Shown here: positions 1-7,956 of the stretch, piece after piece
Position numbering within the stretch: the stretch's first letter is position 1
Layout of the letters: each line of letters opens with the position of its first letter
Source of the DNA: Candidatus Aminicenantes bacterium
Lineage (GTDB): Bacteria > Acidobacteriota > Aminicenantia > Aminicenantales > Saccharicenantaceae
Direction: 5' to 3'
DNA length: 64,000 nt
NCBI GenBank assembly: GCA_017999365.1
Contig: JAGNLW010000002.1
Location: 241,348 to 305,347, forward strand
Notes under the pieces: generated by a model
Databases searched by the model: none
The model's input: only the letters and a program-made list of their open reading frames with translations
Told to the model about the DNA's origin: nothing
Made by a program: the position numbers and the translations under genes

Positions 1-1225
1 CGGCCCTCCCCTGCCGGACCAGGGCCTCGCCCGAGAGGCGGACGGCCTCCCTTCCGGTCGGCATTCGCAGGGTCCGGCACGAGAAGGAGACGTCCTCGTC
101 CCCGACGAAAAAGCCGGTCGGCCCGGCCCCGGGGCTTTTCTTCAGGACGCCCGTGGCGCCGCCCTCGGCCCTGAGGTCCCCGGCGCCGGACGCGATCTCG
201 ATCGCGGGGGCCTCGACGCGGGCCTCGGCGGAATCGGCCGCGGCCTGGCCCCCGGCCGGTCCGGACACGCGGAGGACGCCGGCCGCGTCGAAGCGGGCTT
301 CCTCTCCGAAGAGGATACGGCCGGGATCCCCGGGCCCGCGGATCTCCACCCGGACGCCCCCCGTGGCCGACCAGGCCGGCCCGCCACCGGGGGGTGAGAA
401 GTCCAAACGGACCTCGGGCGAGGCGACGGTCCGGACACCCGCCTCGCCGGACCCCGCCGACAGGACGGCGCTGCCTTCGAGGACCGCGGCTTCGAGGCCG
501 GCCTCGCCCGCCGCGACGAGGAAGGAGACGGTCGCGGCCTCGGCGCGGAGGCCCTCCGCCGCGAGCGAGGCCCGGCCCGTCATGCGGCCCCGGCGCGGGC
601 CGCGCCCGTAGCTCAGGGACTCGCCCGACAGGGTCAGCGTCCCGCCGTCCGCCGCGGCGAGGCCGGCCCGGAAGCCGCCGCCGAGGCGGACCTCTCCGGC
701 CTTCTCGTCGTAGACGATCTCCCGGGCCTCCCCGGCGAGCCCGTCCGCGGTGAAGCGGCCGCCGGAGACCGTCCCGAACGTCCCGGCGGCTTCGTCGTAG
801 AGGAAGGCCTCCCCTTCGAGCGCGGCCCCGCCGGCCTCGACCCGGACCCGGCCCGTGACCTCGAATCGGAGCGCGCCCTTCGCGTAGGCGACCTCGTCGG
901 CGGTCAGGCGCGCGGCGGCTTCGCCCTCGGGAGAGAACCGGACGACCTCGACGGACCCGGTCAGGTGCTCGCGGCCGTCGGCTCCCCGGAAGGCCAGGTC
1001 GCCGCGGACCGAGACGGCCAGGCGGCCGTCGCGGAATTCCTCGTGACGGACGCGCTCCTTGCGGTCGACCGGGACCCCGGACGGGGAGGGAGGGGCGTCG
1101 GGGGTCCGGGCGGGCTCGCGCCGCCCGGCCACGCGGACGGCCAGGAGGGCGGCCAAGACGACGGCGGCTGCCGCCGCGACGAACGCGGCGACGCGGACCG
1201 GGCCCGGCGCTCTCTGGGCGCTCAT
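1..1225 (-). CDS. Hypothetical membrane-anchored protein, 3' end beyond window; possibly OstA/LptA-LptC-like
   Basis: Absent from the ORF track because no stop lies inside the window. The ATG at 1225-1223 sits 4 nt after the recJ stop. My manual translation (MSAQRAPGPVRVAAFVAAAAAVVLAALLAV...) stays open to the left edge and shows strong G/C third-position bias. It has one N-terminal hydrophobic helix followed by repeated beta-strand-like Gly/Ala/Val segments (LTADEVAYAKGALRFEVTGRVRVEAGG). The function is a guess. Confidence 0.5.
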   Translation of the reverse strand, partial: MSAQRAPGPVRVAAFVAAAAAVVLAALLAVRVAGRREPARTPDAPPSPSGVPVDRKERVRHEEFRDGRLAVSVRGDLAFRGADGREHLTGSVEVVRFSPEGEAAARLTADEVAYAKGALRFEVTGRVRVEAGGAALEGEAFLYDEAAGTFGTVSGGRFTADGLAGEAREIVYDEKAGEVRLGGGFRAGLAAADGGTLTLSGESLSYGRGPRRGRMTGRASLAAEGLRAEAATVSFLVAAGEAGLEAAVLEGSAVLSAGSGEAGVRTVASPEVRLDFSPPGGGPAWSATGGVRVEIRGPGDPGRILFGEEARFDAAGVLRVSGPAGGQAAADSAEARVEAPAIEIASGAGDLRAEGGATGVLKKSPGAGPTGFFVGDEDVSFSCRTLRMPTGREAVRLSGEALVRQGRA

Positions 1226-1229
1226 CGTC

Positions 1230-2921
1230 TCAGATCTTCAGGTCTTCGACGGACAGATTGGTCTTGGTTTCCCCGAGATATTCCGAGGTCATCAGCGAGA
1301 AGGCCAGGCTGACGCGGCCGCCGCGGCGGACGATGTGCCGCCAGTCGGCCTTGTCCCAGCCCAGGGCCTCCAGGACCCGGCCGTTGTGGCGGGCCAGGAA
1401 CTTGATGTGCTTGCCCTGCAGGACCTTGGGCTCGCTGACGACCTCGACGTTGTCGGCCATGAACAGCGGCTTGGGATTGCCGACGCCGAAGGGCACGAGC
1501 CGGCCCAGGACCTCCATGAAGCGCTCGTCGACCGCGGCGAAGTCGAGCGGGCCGTCGATCCGGATCCGCCGCCGCAGGCTGTCCTCCGGGATGCGGGCCT
1601 CGGCCAGCGGGTTGAGGGCGGCCCGGAAATCGGGCACGCGCTCGGTCGGCAGCGTGCAGCCGACGGCCAGCTTGTGCCCGCCGTAGCTCAGGAAGAGGTG
1701 GCGGCAGTCCTCGAGGAGGTCGATGAGCGGCACGTCCGAGATGCTCCGGCCCGAGCCGTGGGCCCGGCCGTTCTCGTAGGCGAACAGGACGACGGGGCGG
1801 TTGAAGCGGTCCTTGAGCTTGGAAGCGACGATGCCGATGACGCCGCGGTGCCAGTCGGGGCTGCCGAGGACGAGGCACTTGTACTTGCGGTCGAGGCCGC
1901 GGGACTCGACGCGCTCGCGGGCCTCCGTGAAAATCCTCTCCTCGGTCCGCTGGCGCAGGGCGTTGAGCTCGTCGAGCTTCTCGACCAGGGCCCTCGACTC
2001 GGCCGCGTCCTCCGTGAAGAAGAGCCGGACGGCGAGGTCGGTCATGCCCATGCGCCCGGCGGCGTTGATGCGCGGGCCGATGCGGAAGCCCAGGTCGCCC
2101 TCGGAGATCTTCCGGCGGCCCAGCCCGCAGGCCTCGATGAGCTGGCGCAGGCCGGTGTTGGCGACGCTGCGCAGGCCCTCCAGGCCGTGCTTGACGAACA
2201 GCCGGTTCTCGCCTTTGAGCTCGGCCACGTCGGCCACCGTGCCGATCGAGACGAGCTTCATGTAGTGGGGCAGCCCGGCCTCCCGGCCGGCCCGGGTCAG
2301 CAGAGCCTGGATGAGCTTGAAGGCCACGCCGACGCCGGCCAGCCCCGGATCGGGATAGCCCGCGTCGGCCAGCACGGGATCGAGCACGGCCACGGCCTCC
2401 GGCAGGGTCTCGCCGGGCCGGTGGTGGTCGGTGACGACGACGTCGATGCCCCGCTCCCGGGCCAGGGCCGTGAACTCGACGGCCTTGACGCCGCAGTCGA
2501 CGCTGACGACCAGGGTCGCCCCGCGTTCGACCGGGATGCGGACGTGCTCGGGCCTGATGCCGTAGCCGTCGGTCAGGCGCTCGGGGATGAAGTGCTCGAC
2601 GCGGGCGCCGAGGGTCGTCAGGGCCTTGACCAGCATGACCGTCGACAGGATGCCGTCGACGTCGTAGTCGCCGAAGACGAGGATCTTCTCGCCGGCGGCG
2701 ACGGCCGCCTCGATGCGGGCCACGGCCCGGTCCATACCCTTCATGAGGTAGGGATCGTGGAGCCGGTCGAGCCCGCCGTAGAGGAACTCCCGGGCCGCCT
2801 CCTCGGTCGCGATCTTGCGGTTGACGAGGACGCGGGCGATGGCCGGCGGGATGTCCAGGGCCGCGGCCAAGGCCTCGGTCTCGGGGCGCGGCGGGTGGAC
2901 GAGCCAGGCGACGTCGTTCAT
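1230..2921 (-). CDS. recJ: Single-stranded-DNA-specific exonuclease RecJ
   Basis: Track ORF 1230..2975. DHH/DHHA1-type stretches are present (ILVFGDYDVDGILST, VVVTDHH, YGGHKLAVG). I prefer the ATG at 2921 (MNDVAWLV...); the start at 2975 is not excluded. Confidence 0.9.
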   Translation of the reverse strand: MNDVAWLVHPPRPETEALAAALDIPPAIARVLVNRKIATEEAAREFLYGGLDRLHDPYLMKGMDRAVARIEAAVAAGEKILVFGDYDVDGILSTVMLVKALTTLGARVEHFIPERLTDGYGIRPEHVRIPVERGATLVVSVDCGVKAVEFTALARERGIDVVVTDHHRPGETLPEAVAVLDPVLADAGYPDPGLAGVGVAFKLIQALLTRAGREAGLPHYMKLVSIGTVADVAELKGENRLFVKHGLEGLRSVANTGLRQLIEACGLGRRKISEGDLGFRIGPRINAAGRMGMTDLAVRLFFTEDAAESRALVEKLDELNALRQRTEERIFTEARERVESRGLDRKYKCLVLGSPDWHRGVIGIVASKLKDRFNRPVVLFAYENGRAHGSGRSISDVPLIDLLEDCRHLFLSYGGHKLAVGCTLPTERVPDFRAALNPLAEARIPEDSLRRRIRIDGPLDFAAVDERFMEVLGRLVPFGVGNPKPLFMADNVEVVSEPKVLQGKHIKFLARHNGRVLEALGWDKADWRHIVRRGGRVSLAFSLMTSEYLGETKTNLSVEDLKI

Positions 2922-2968
2922 GGCGCCCCCCACTCTAGCACATCCGCCGTGGGCGCTCAACCGCGGCA

Positions 2969-2997
2969 TTGACAATTAAACACTTGAAAAATAAAAT
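2969..2997 (+). promoter_or_regulatory. Sigma-70-type promoter for ftsY (TTGACA-N17-TAAAAT)
   Basis: ttgaca at 2969-2974, a 17-nt spacer, and taaaat at 2992-2997. The -10 ends 9 nt before the ftsY ATG (3007), implying a near-leaderless transcript. Confidence 0.45.
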
Positions 2998-3006
2998 GTT
3001 AAGACC

Positions 3007-3900
3007 ATGTTCGGCAGCCTGCGCGAAAAACTGGCCCGGACCCGGAACTCCTTCCGGCGCATCGAGGACCTGTTCAAAAGCGGGCGCCGGCGCGACGAGA
3101 TCCTGGACGAGCTCGAAGAGGCCCTCATCCTCGCCGACGTCGGGGTGCCCGCCGCCGAACGCCTGCTCCGGGCCCTGCGGACGAAGACCCGCAAGGACGC
3201 CGACGAGGGCGAGCTCGACCGCGTCCTCAAGGACGAACTCGTCGCCCTGCTCTCGCCGCGGGCCGCCGCGCCGGGCCCCGCCGGGCCGGGGCCGCGGACC
3301 GTGCTCATGGTCGGCGTCAACGGCGGCGGCAAGACGACCTCGGCGGCCAAGCTGGCCGCGCTCTACAAGCGCGACGGCCGGCGGGTCGTGCTGGCGGCCG
3401 CCGACACCTTCCGGGCCGCGGCCCAGGAGCAGCTGGCGATCTGGGGCCGGCGGCTCGACGTCCCCGTCGTCCGCGGCTCCTACGGCGCCGACCCCGCGTC
3501 CATCGCCTTCGACGCAGCCCAGGCCGTCAAGGCCGGCAAGGCCGACGTCCTCGTCGTCGACACGGCCGGCCGCGTCCACACCAACGCCAACCTCATGGGC
3601 GAACTGGAGAAGGTCGGCCGCATCCTGGCCCGCGAGCTGCCCGGCGCCCGCCACGAGTCCCTGCTCGTCCTCGACGCCACGGTCGGCCAGAACGCCGTCG
3701 CCCAGGCCCGCGAGTTCCTGAAGTTCTCCGGACTGACCGGCCTCGTCCTGACCAAGATCGACGGCACCGCCAAGGGCGGCGCGGCCGTGGCCGTGGCCGT
3801 CGAGACGGGCCTGCCCATCCGCTACGTCGGCGTCGGCGAGGGCGAGGACGACGTCTACGAGTTCTCGGCCCGCGAGTTCGTGGAGGCCCTGCTGGCATGA
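3007..3900 (+). CDS. ftsY: Signal recognition particle receptor FtsY
   Basis: SRP-GTPase motifs are present: GVNGGGKTTSAAKLA, DTAGR and TKIDGTAKGG. Confidence 0.92.
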   Translation: MFGSLREKLARTRNSFRRIEDLFKSGRRRDEILDELEEALILADVGVPAAERLLRALRTKTRKDADEGELDRVLKDELVALLSPRAAAPGPAGPGPRTVLMVGVNGGGKTTSAAKLAALYKRDGRRVVLAAADTFRAAAQEQLAIWGRRLDVPVVRGSYGADPASIAFDAAQAVKAGKADVLVVDTAGRVHTNANLMGELEKVGRILARELPGARHESLLVLDATVGQNAVAQAREFLKFSGLTGLVLTKIDGTAKGGAAVAVAVETGLPIRYVGVGEGEDDVYEFSAREFVEALLA

Positions 3901-4997
3901 GCGCCGACCGCGACCGGGCTTGGATGGAGATGGCCTACGGCCTGGCCGGGAAGGGCCGCGGCCGGACCAGCCCCAATCCCCTGGTCGGGGCCGTCGTCGT
4001 CCGCGGCGGCGCGGCCGTCGGCCACGGCTTCCACGAGGAGGCCGGCCGGCCCCACGCCGAGGTCCTGGCCCTGGCCGCGGCCGGACGGAAGGCGGCCGGG
4101 GCGACCCTCTATCTGACCCTCGAGCCCTGCGTCCACTGGGGCCGGACCCCGCCCTGCGTCGACACGGTCGTCGCCGCCAAGCTCGGCCGCGTCGTCGTCT
4201 CGGCCGTCGACCCCAACCCCCTCGTCCACACGCGCGGCATCCGCCGCCTCCGGGAGGCCGGGCTCGACGTCTCGGTCGGGCTGCTGGCGGCGCGCAACGC
4301 CGTCCTCAACGAGGCCTACGCCAAGTTCATCGTCCGCCGCGTCCCGTTCGTGACGGTCAAGGCGGCCCTGTCGCTCGACGGCCGCGTCGCCTGCCGGACG
4401 GGCGACTCGAAGTGGATCACTTCGGCCGGGACGCGCGACTACGTCCACCTTCTCCGCGGCGAGCAGGACGCCATGCTGGTCGGTTCCGGAACGGTCCTGG
4501 CCGACGATCCCCTCCTGACCGTCCGCCACCCGGCCTGGCCGGAAAAGAAGCTGCTGCGGGCCGTCCTCGACGGGCGCCTGCGCGTCCCCGACGGGGCCCG
4601 GATATGGGGCACGCTCGACCGCGGCCCGGTCGTCCTTCTCGCCGGGCGCGAGGCTCCCGCCGCCCGGGCCCGGGCCCTCGAGGCCCGCGGGGCCGAAGTC
4701 GCCCGTCCGCCGGACGGGGCGGCGGCCTGGACGCTCCCCGCGGTGTTGGCCGAGCTCGGCCGGCGCGATATCGCCGCCCTCCTCGTCGAGGGCGGCTCAC
4801 GCGTCCTGACGTCCTTCGTCGAGGCCGGGCTGGCCGACAAGGCCGTCCTGACCTACGCCCCGCGACTGATCGGCGGGGAGACCGCGCCGGGCCTCGTCGG
4901 CGGCCCGGGCGCCGCCGCGGTCGGCCTGGCCGCGAAGCTCACGCGGACCCATTCCTTCGCCCTCGGGGACGACATCGTCGTGGAAGGATACTTCTGA
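3897..4997 (+). CDS. ribD: Bifunctional riboflavin biosynthesis deaminase/reductase RibD
   Basis: Has the deaminase zinc motif HAEV...PCVHWGRTPPC and a C-terminal reductase half. Its start forms an ATGA overlap with the ftsY stop. Confidence 0.92.
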   Translation: MSADRDRAWMEMAYGLAGKGRGRTSPNPLVGAVVVRGGAAVGHGFHEEAGRPHAEVLALAAAGRKAAGATLYLTLEPCVHWGRTPPCVDTVVAAKLGRVVVSAVDPNPLVHTRGIRRLREAGLDVSVGLLAARNAVLNEAYAKFIVRRVPFVTVKAALSLDGRVACRTGDSKWITSAGTRDYVHLLRGEQDAMLVGSGTVLADDPLLTVRHPAWPEKKLLRAVLDGRLRVPDGARIWGTLDRGPVVLLAGREAPAARARALEARGAEVARPPDGAAAWTLPAVLAELGRRDIAALLVEGGSRVLTSFVEAGLADKAVLTYAPRLIGGETAPGLVGGPGAAAVGLAAKLTRTHSFALGDDIVVEGYF

Positions 4998-5593
4998 TGT
5001 TCACCGGCCTCATCTCCCACCGGGGCGAGTTCCGCGGCTACCGCGAAGGCCGCAAGGCGCTGGCCCTGGCCTGCCCGGGCCTCGAAGGCCGCCTGGAGCC
5101 GGGCGGCAGCCTAGCCGTCAACGGCGTCTGTCTGACCCTGGCCGCCGCGGCCAAGGGCGAGTGGCGCTTCGACCTGTCCCGCGAGACCCTGGCCCGGACG
5201 ACGCTCGGCCGGCTGCGGCCCGGCGACCGGCTCAACCTCGAGCTGCCGTTGACCCTGGCCGCGCCCCTCGGCGGCCACCTCGTCAGCGGCCACGTCGACG
5301 GCGTCGGCCGGGTCCTCCGCCTGTCGGCCCGGCCGCCCGGCAAGCGCCTGGCCCTGTCCTTCCCGTCCGACCTCCGCCCCTTCTTCGTCGTCAAGGGCTC
5401 GGTCGCCGTCGACGGCGTCAGCCTGACGGTCGCCGCGCTCGGCCCGGCCTCGCTCGAGGTCGAGCTCGTCCCGCTGACGCTCGCCGGGACGAATCTCGGC
5501 GCCCTGCGCCCGGGCGCGGCCGTCAACCTCGAGTGTGACATGGTCGGGAAATACGTGTATAATTTCGTGTCCCGAACGACCCGGACGCGCTGA
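4997..5593 (+). CDS. ribE: Riboflavin synthase (alpha chain)
   Basis: This is the C-terminal part of track ORF 3920..5593. The ATG at 4997 overlaps the ribD stop. It has the MFTGLI start and two lumazine-binding repeats ([24 protein letters not shown]). Confidence 0.88.
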   Translation: MFTGLISHRGEFRGYREGRKALALACPGLEGRLEPGGSLAVNGVCLTLAAAAKGEWRFDLSRETLARTTLGRLRPGDRLNLELPLTLAAPLGGHLVSGHVDGVGRVLRLSARPPGKRLALSFPSDLRPFFVVKGSVAVDGVSLTVAALGPASLEVELVPLTLAGTNLGALRPGAAVNLECDMVGKYVYNFVSRTTRTR

Positions 5594-5610
5594 GAGAGGC
5601 CGCTGATCCC

Positions 5611-6828
5611 ATGACCGAAGACCGCCGCACCGCCACCGTCGAGGAGGCCCTGGAGGCCGTCCGCGCCGGCCGGATGATCATCATCGTCGACGACGAGGAC
5701 CGCGAGAACGAGGGCGACCTCATGGTCGCCGCCGAGAAGGCCACGCCCGACATCATCAACTTCATGGCCCGCGAGGCCCGCGGCCTCATCTGCCTGCCGC
5801 TGACGGGCGAGCGCCTCCAGGAGCTCAGCCTGCCGCTCATGGTCAGCGAGAACACGGCCCGCTTCCAGACGGCTTTCACCGTGTCCGTCGACGCCAAAGA
5901 AGGCGTGACCACGGGCATCTCGGCTCCCGACCGGGCCCGCACGGTCCTGGCCGCGGTCGACCCCCGGACGAAGCCCGAGGACCTGGCCCGGCCGGGCCAC
6001 GTCTTCCCGCTCCAGGCCAAGGAGAGCGGCGTGTTGACGCGGGCCGGCCAGACCGAGGCCTCGGTGGACCTGGCCCGGATGGCCGGGCTCTATCCCGCCG
6101 CGGTCATCTGCGAGATCATGGACGAGGACGGCACGATGGCCCGCCGGCCCCAGCTCGAGGAGTTCGGCCGGCGCTTCGGCATCCCCATCCTGACCATCGC
6201 CGACCTCATCCGCTACCGCATGCGCCACGAGACCCACGTCCGCAAGCTCGAGGAGACCGACCTGCCGACAGCCCACGGCCGCTTCCGCATCCACGTCTAC
6301 GAAGACACCATCCGCGGCGACCACCACGTCGCCCTGGTCAAGGGCGACGTCGCCGGCGGCGAGCCCGTGCTCGTCCGGGCCCATTCGCAGTGCCTGACCG
6401 GCGACACCTTCGGCTCGGCCCGCTGCGACTGCGGCGACCAGCTCCACATGTCCATGGAGATGATCGAGAAGGCCGGCCGGGGCGTCGTCCTGTACATCCT
6501 CAACCACGAAGGCCGCGGCATCGGCCTGGCCAACAAGATCCGGGCCTACGCCATCCAGGACAAGGGCCTCGACACGGTCGAGGCCAACCGCAAGCTGGGC
6601 TTCAAGCCCGATATGCGCGACTACGGCATCGGGGCCCAGATCCTGGTCGCCCTCGGCGTCCGCCGGCTGCGGCTCCTGACCAACAACCCCCGCAAGTTCG
6701 TCGGCCTGACCGGCTACGGCCTGGAGATCGTCGAGCGCGTCCCGCTCGAGATCGAGCCGAACGCCTGCAACCTGCGCTACCTCAAGACCAAGAAAGAGAA
6801 GCTGGGACACATCCTGGACCGGGTCTGA
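5611..6828 (+). CDS. ribBA: Bifunctional DHBP synthase / GTP cyclohydrolase II RibBA
   Basis: The N-terminal half carries [11 protein letters not shown]. The C-terminal half carries the zinc Cys motif [15 protein letters not shown]. Confidence 0.93.
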   Translation: MTEDRRTATVEEALEAVRAGRMIIIVDDEDRENEGDLMVAAEKATPDIINFMAREARGLICLPLTGERLQELSLPLMVSENTARFQTAFTVSVDAKEGVTTGISAPDRARTVLAAVDPRTKPEDLARPGHVFPLQAKESGVLTRAGQTEASVDLARMAGLYPAAVICEIMDEDGTMARRPQLEEFGRRFGIPILTIADLIRYRMRHETHVRKLEETDLPTAHGRFRIHVYEDTIRGDHHVALVKGDVAGGEPVLVRAHSQCLTGDTFGSARCDCGDQLHMSMEMIEKAGRGVVLYILNHEGRGIGLANKIRAYAIQDKGLDTVEANRKLGFKPDMRDYGIGAQILVALGVRRLRLLTNNPRKFVGLTGYGLEIVERVPLEIEPNACNLRYLKTKKEKLGHILDRV

Positions 6829-6830
6829 GG

Positions 6831-7346
6831 ATGGACCGCCCCCGCGCCCCCGAAGAAGCCGCCCCCTCCCCCGTCTGCCGCGCCTTCCTGCTCAAGTTCG
6901 GCCGGACCCCCGACCCGGCCCGGCGGCGGCGGATCCTGGCCGCCTGCATCAGGGCCGACAAGGCCTGGACCGAGGAGCTCCTCTGGGAATCCCTGGCCGA
7001 TCCCAACGAAGGCCTGCGGGACGCCGTCACCCGCGAGCTCTGCCGGCGCGGGACCCTGCGCCTCGAATGGGCCCTGCGGCGCCTGAGCCTGCCGCCCTGG
7101 TACGCCCGCAGCGCCGTGCTGGCCGTCATCGGGCGCCGCCGCATGCGCGAGGCGCTGGCGGGCGTCGGGGGAACGGTCGGGGACGCCAACGCCGACGTCC
7201 GCCGGGCGGCGGCCGAGGCCCTGGGCGAGATCGGCGGCGAGGAAGCCGTGCGCCTCCTCGTGCGGTTGAAGAAAGACGCCAATCCCTACGTCCGGGCGGC
7301 GGCGGAGGAAGCGATCGGCAAGACGAGCGGCGTGCGTTTCAGCTGA
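6831..7346 (+). CDS. HEAT-repeat (PBS-lyase-like) protein
   Basis: This is the in-frame tail of track ORF 6390..7346, starting at the ATG at 6831, 3 nt after the ribBA stop. Repeated units have the form D.N..VR.AAAEALGEIGGEEAV / DANPYVRAAAEEAIG. Confidence 0.6.
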   Translation: MDRPRAPEEAAPSPVCRAFLLKFGRTPDPARRRRILAACIRADKAWTEELLWESLADPNEGLRDAVTRELCRRGTLRLEWALRRLSLPPWYARSAVLAVIGRRRMREALAGVGGTVGDANADVRRAAAEALGEIGGEEAVRLLVRLKKDANPYVRAAAEEAIGKTSGVRFS

Positions 7347-7360
7347 CCGGCGTTCTATCA

Positions 7361-7696
7361 GATCTTCTCCCATTTCCGGGATTCCCTCTCGAGGCGGCGA
7401 GGGGATTGTTCTCGCAGATCCCCGTTGCTGGAGGAGGGGCGGCAGGGAGCGGAGCTTGCGAAGCGACCATCAGCAACGACCCGGAGCGACTCGAAGGGGC
7501 GTTGCTGGGAAATATCGTGAGAAAATGCTTTTCCGATATTTCGCAGGATCGGGACTACGGGGGCTCCGTCCCGATCCTGCCTGGTCCGCTCACCTGGGTT
7601 CGCTCCCCGTTCCCCGGGGGGCCGGGGAGCCAGAGGACATCCCCCGAGCGAAAGCCCGAGAGAGGGATTCCCCGGAATCTGGGGAAGAATCTTCTT
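7361..7696. repeat. Multi-hairpin intergenic element bounded by imperfect ~35-nt inverted repeats (MITE-like element, structured RNA or terminator array)
   Basis: The outer arms 7361-7394 and 7656-7696 are imperfectly complementary. The internal perfect stems are:
- 7401-06 with 7418-23
- 7423-30 with 7471-78 (7471-78 can alternatively pair with 7500-07)
- 7509-17 with 7534-42
- 7543-55 with 7568-80 (13 bp)
- 7602-09 with 7623-30. Confidence 0.4.
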
Positions 7697-7709
7697 CCGA
7701 ATAGTCCGG

Positions 7710-7892
7710 CTAAGAGGCGTAGCGGATATCCGAGCAAGCCTGGCAGCACATCGGGTTGGACGTGCAGTTGTCCTTGTGGTTGTAGGGCGCCACGGGCGGG
7801 GCCGTCGTGTGCTTGCAATGGCACAGGAGGGTCTCCTCGGGACGCCCCTTGAACAGGACGATGAGCTCAGGCGTCTTCCACGGCTTTTTCAT
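7710..7892 (-). CDS. Putative RiPP precursor peptide, 60 aa, six Cys
   Basis: Sequence: MKKPWKTPELIVLFKGRPEETLLCHCKHTTAPPVAPYNHKDNCTSNPMCCQACSDIRYAS. It has an ATG start, a GGAGGA Shine-Dalgarno about 9 nt upstream and its own promoter. It lies immediately downstream of radical-SAM/SPASM genes. Confidence 0.6.
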   Translation of the reverse strand: MKKPWKTPELIVLFKGRPEETLLCHCKHTTAPPVAPYNHKDNCTSNPMCCQACSDIRYAS

Positions 7893-7927
7893 GGCTCCAG
7901 ATCCTCCATAAACGCTTCCTTCTCAAT

Positions 7928-7956
7928 ATATTAGGCCGTTCGATCGGCCGTGTCAA
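7928..7956 (-). promoter_or_regulatory. Sigma-70-type promoter for the precursor peptide (TTGACA-N17-TAATAT)
   Basis: On the minus strand the -35 is at 7956-7951 and overlaps the upstream stop codon. The -10 is at 7933-7928. The 17-nt spacer contains the small palindrome GGCCG-N6-CGGCC (7935-7950). Confidence 0.5.

Noticed and set aside
153-753. Plus-strand ORFs 153-611 and 394-753, and minus-strand ORF 142-438, at the left edge of the window.
   Set aside because: They have Pro/Arg/Ser-rich nonsense composition. The region is better explained by the open minus-strand frame that starts at 1225.
1059-2972. A 637-aa plus-strand ORF, together with other long ORFs antisense or out of frame to recognisable genes: 5038-6810 (-), 16554-19340 (-), 18314-19850 (+), 25090-27564 (-), 30874-33156 (-), 37438-39387 (-), 44255-45721 (+), 49265-51136 (+), 55362-57860 (+) and 58390-60711 (+).
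   Set aside because: These are high-G+C shadow ORFs. Their translations are Arg/Pro/Gly/Ala/Asp-rich low-complexity strings without motifs. Each fully overlaps a gene with clear family signatures on the other strand or in another frame.
2922-3006. An FMN riboswitch might be expected upstream of the rib genes.
   Set aside because: ribD overlaps the ftsY stop, leaving no leader. The 85-nt region before ftsY is too short and shows only a promoter, with no FMN-aptamer-like conserved stretches that I could see.
6829-7346. ribH (lumazine synthase) is absent after ribBA, and a HEAT-repeat gene occupies that slot.
   Set aside because: ribH is often encoded elsewhere. Absence from one window is not evidence of a pathway anomaly.
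7590-7612. A tRNA or tmRNA T-arm-like string (gggttcgctcc) lies inside the structured intergenic element.
   Set aside because: The flanking bases do not form a T-stem, and no acceptor or anticodon arms or CCA context could be built.
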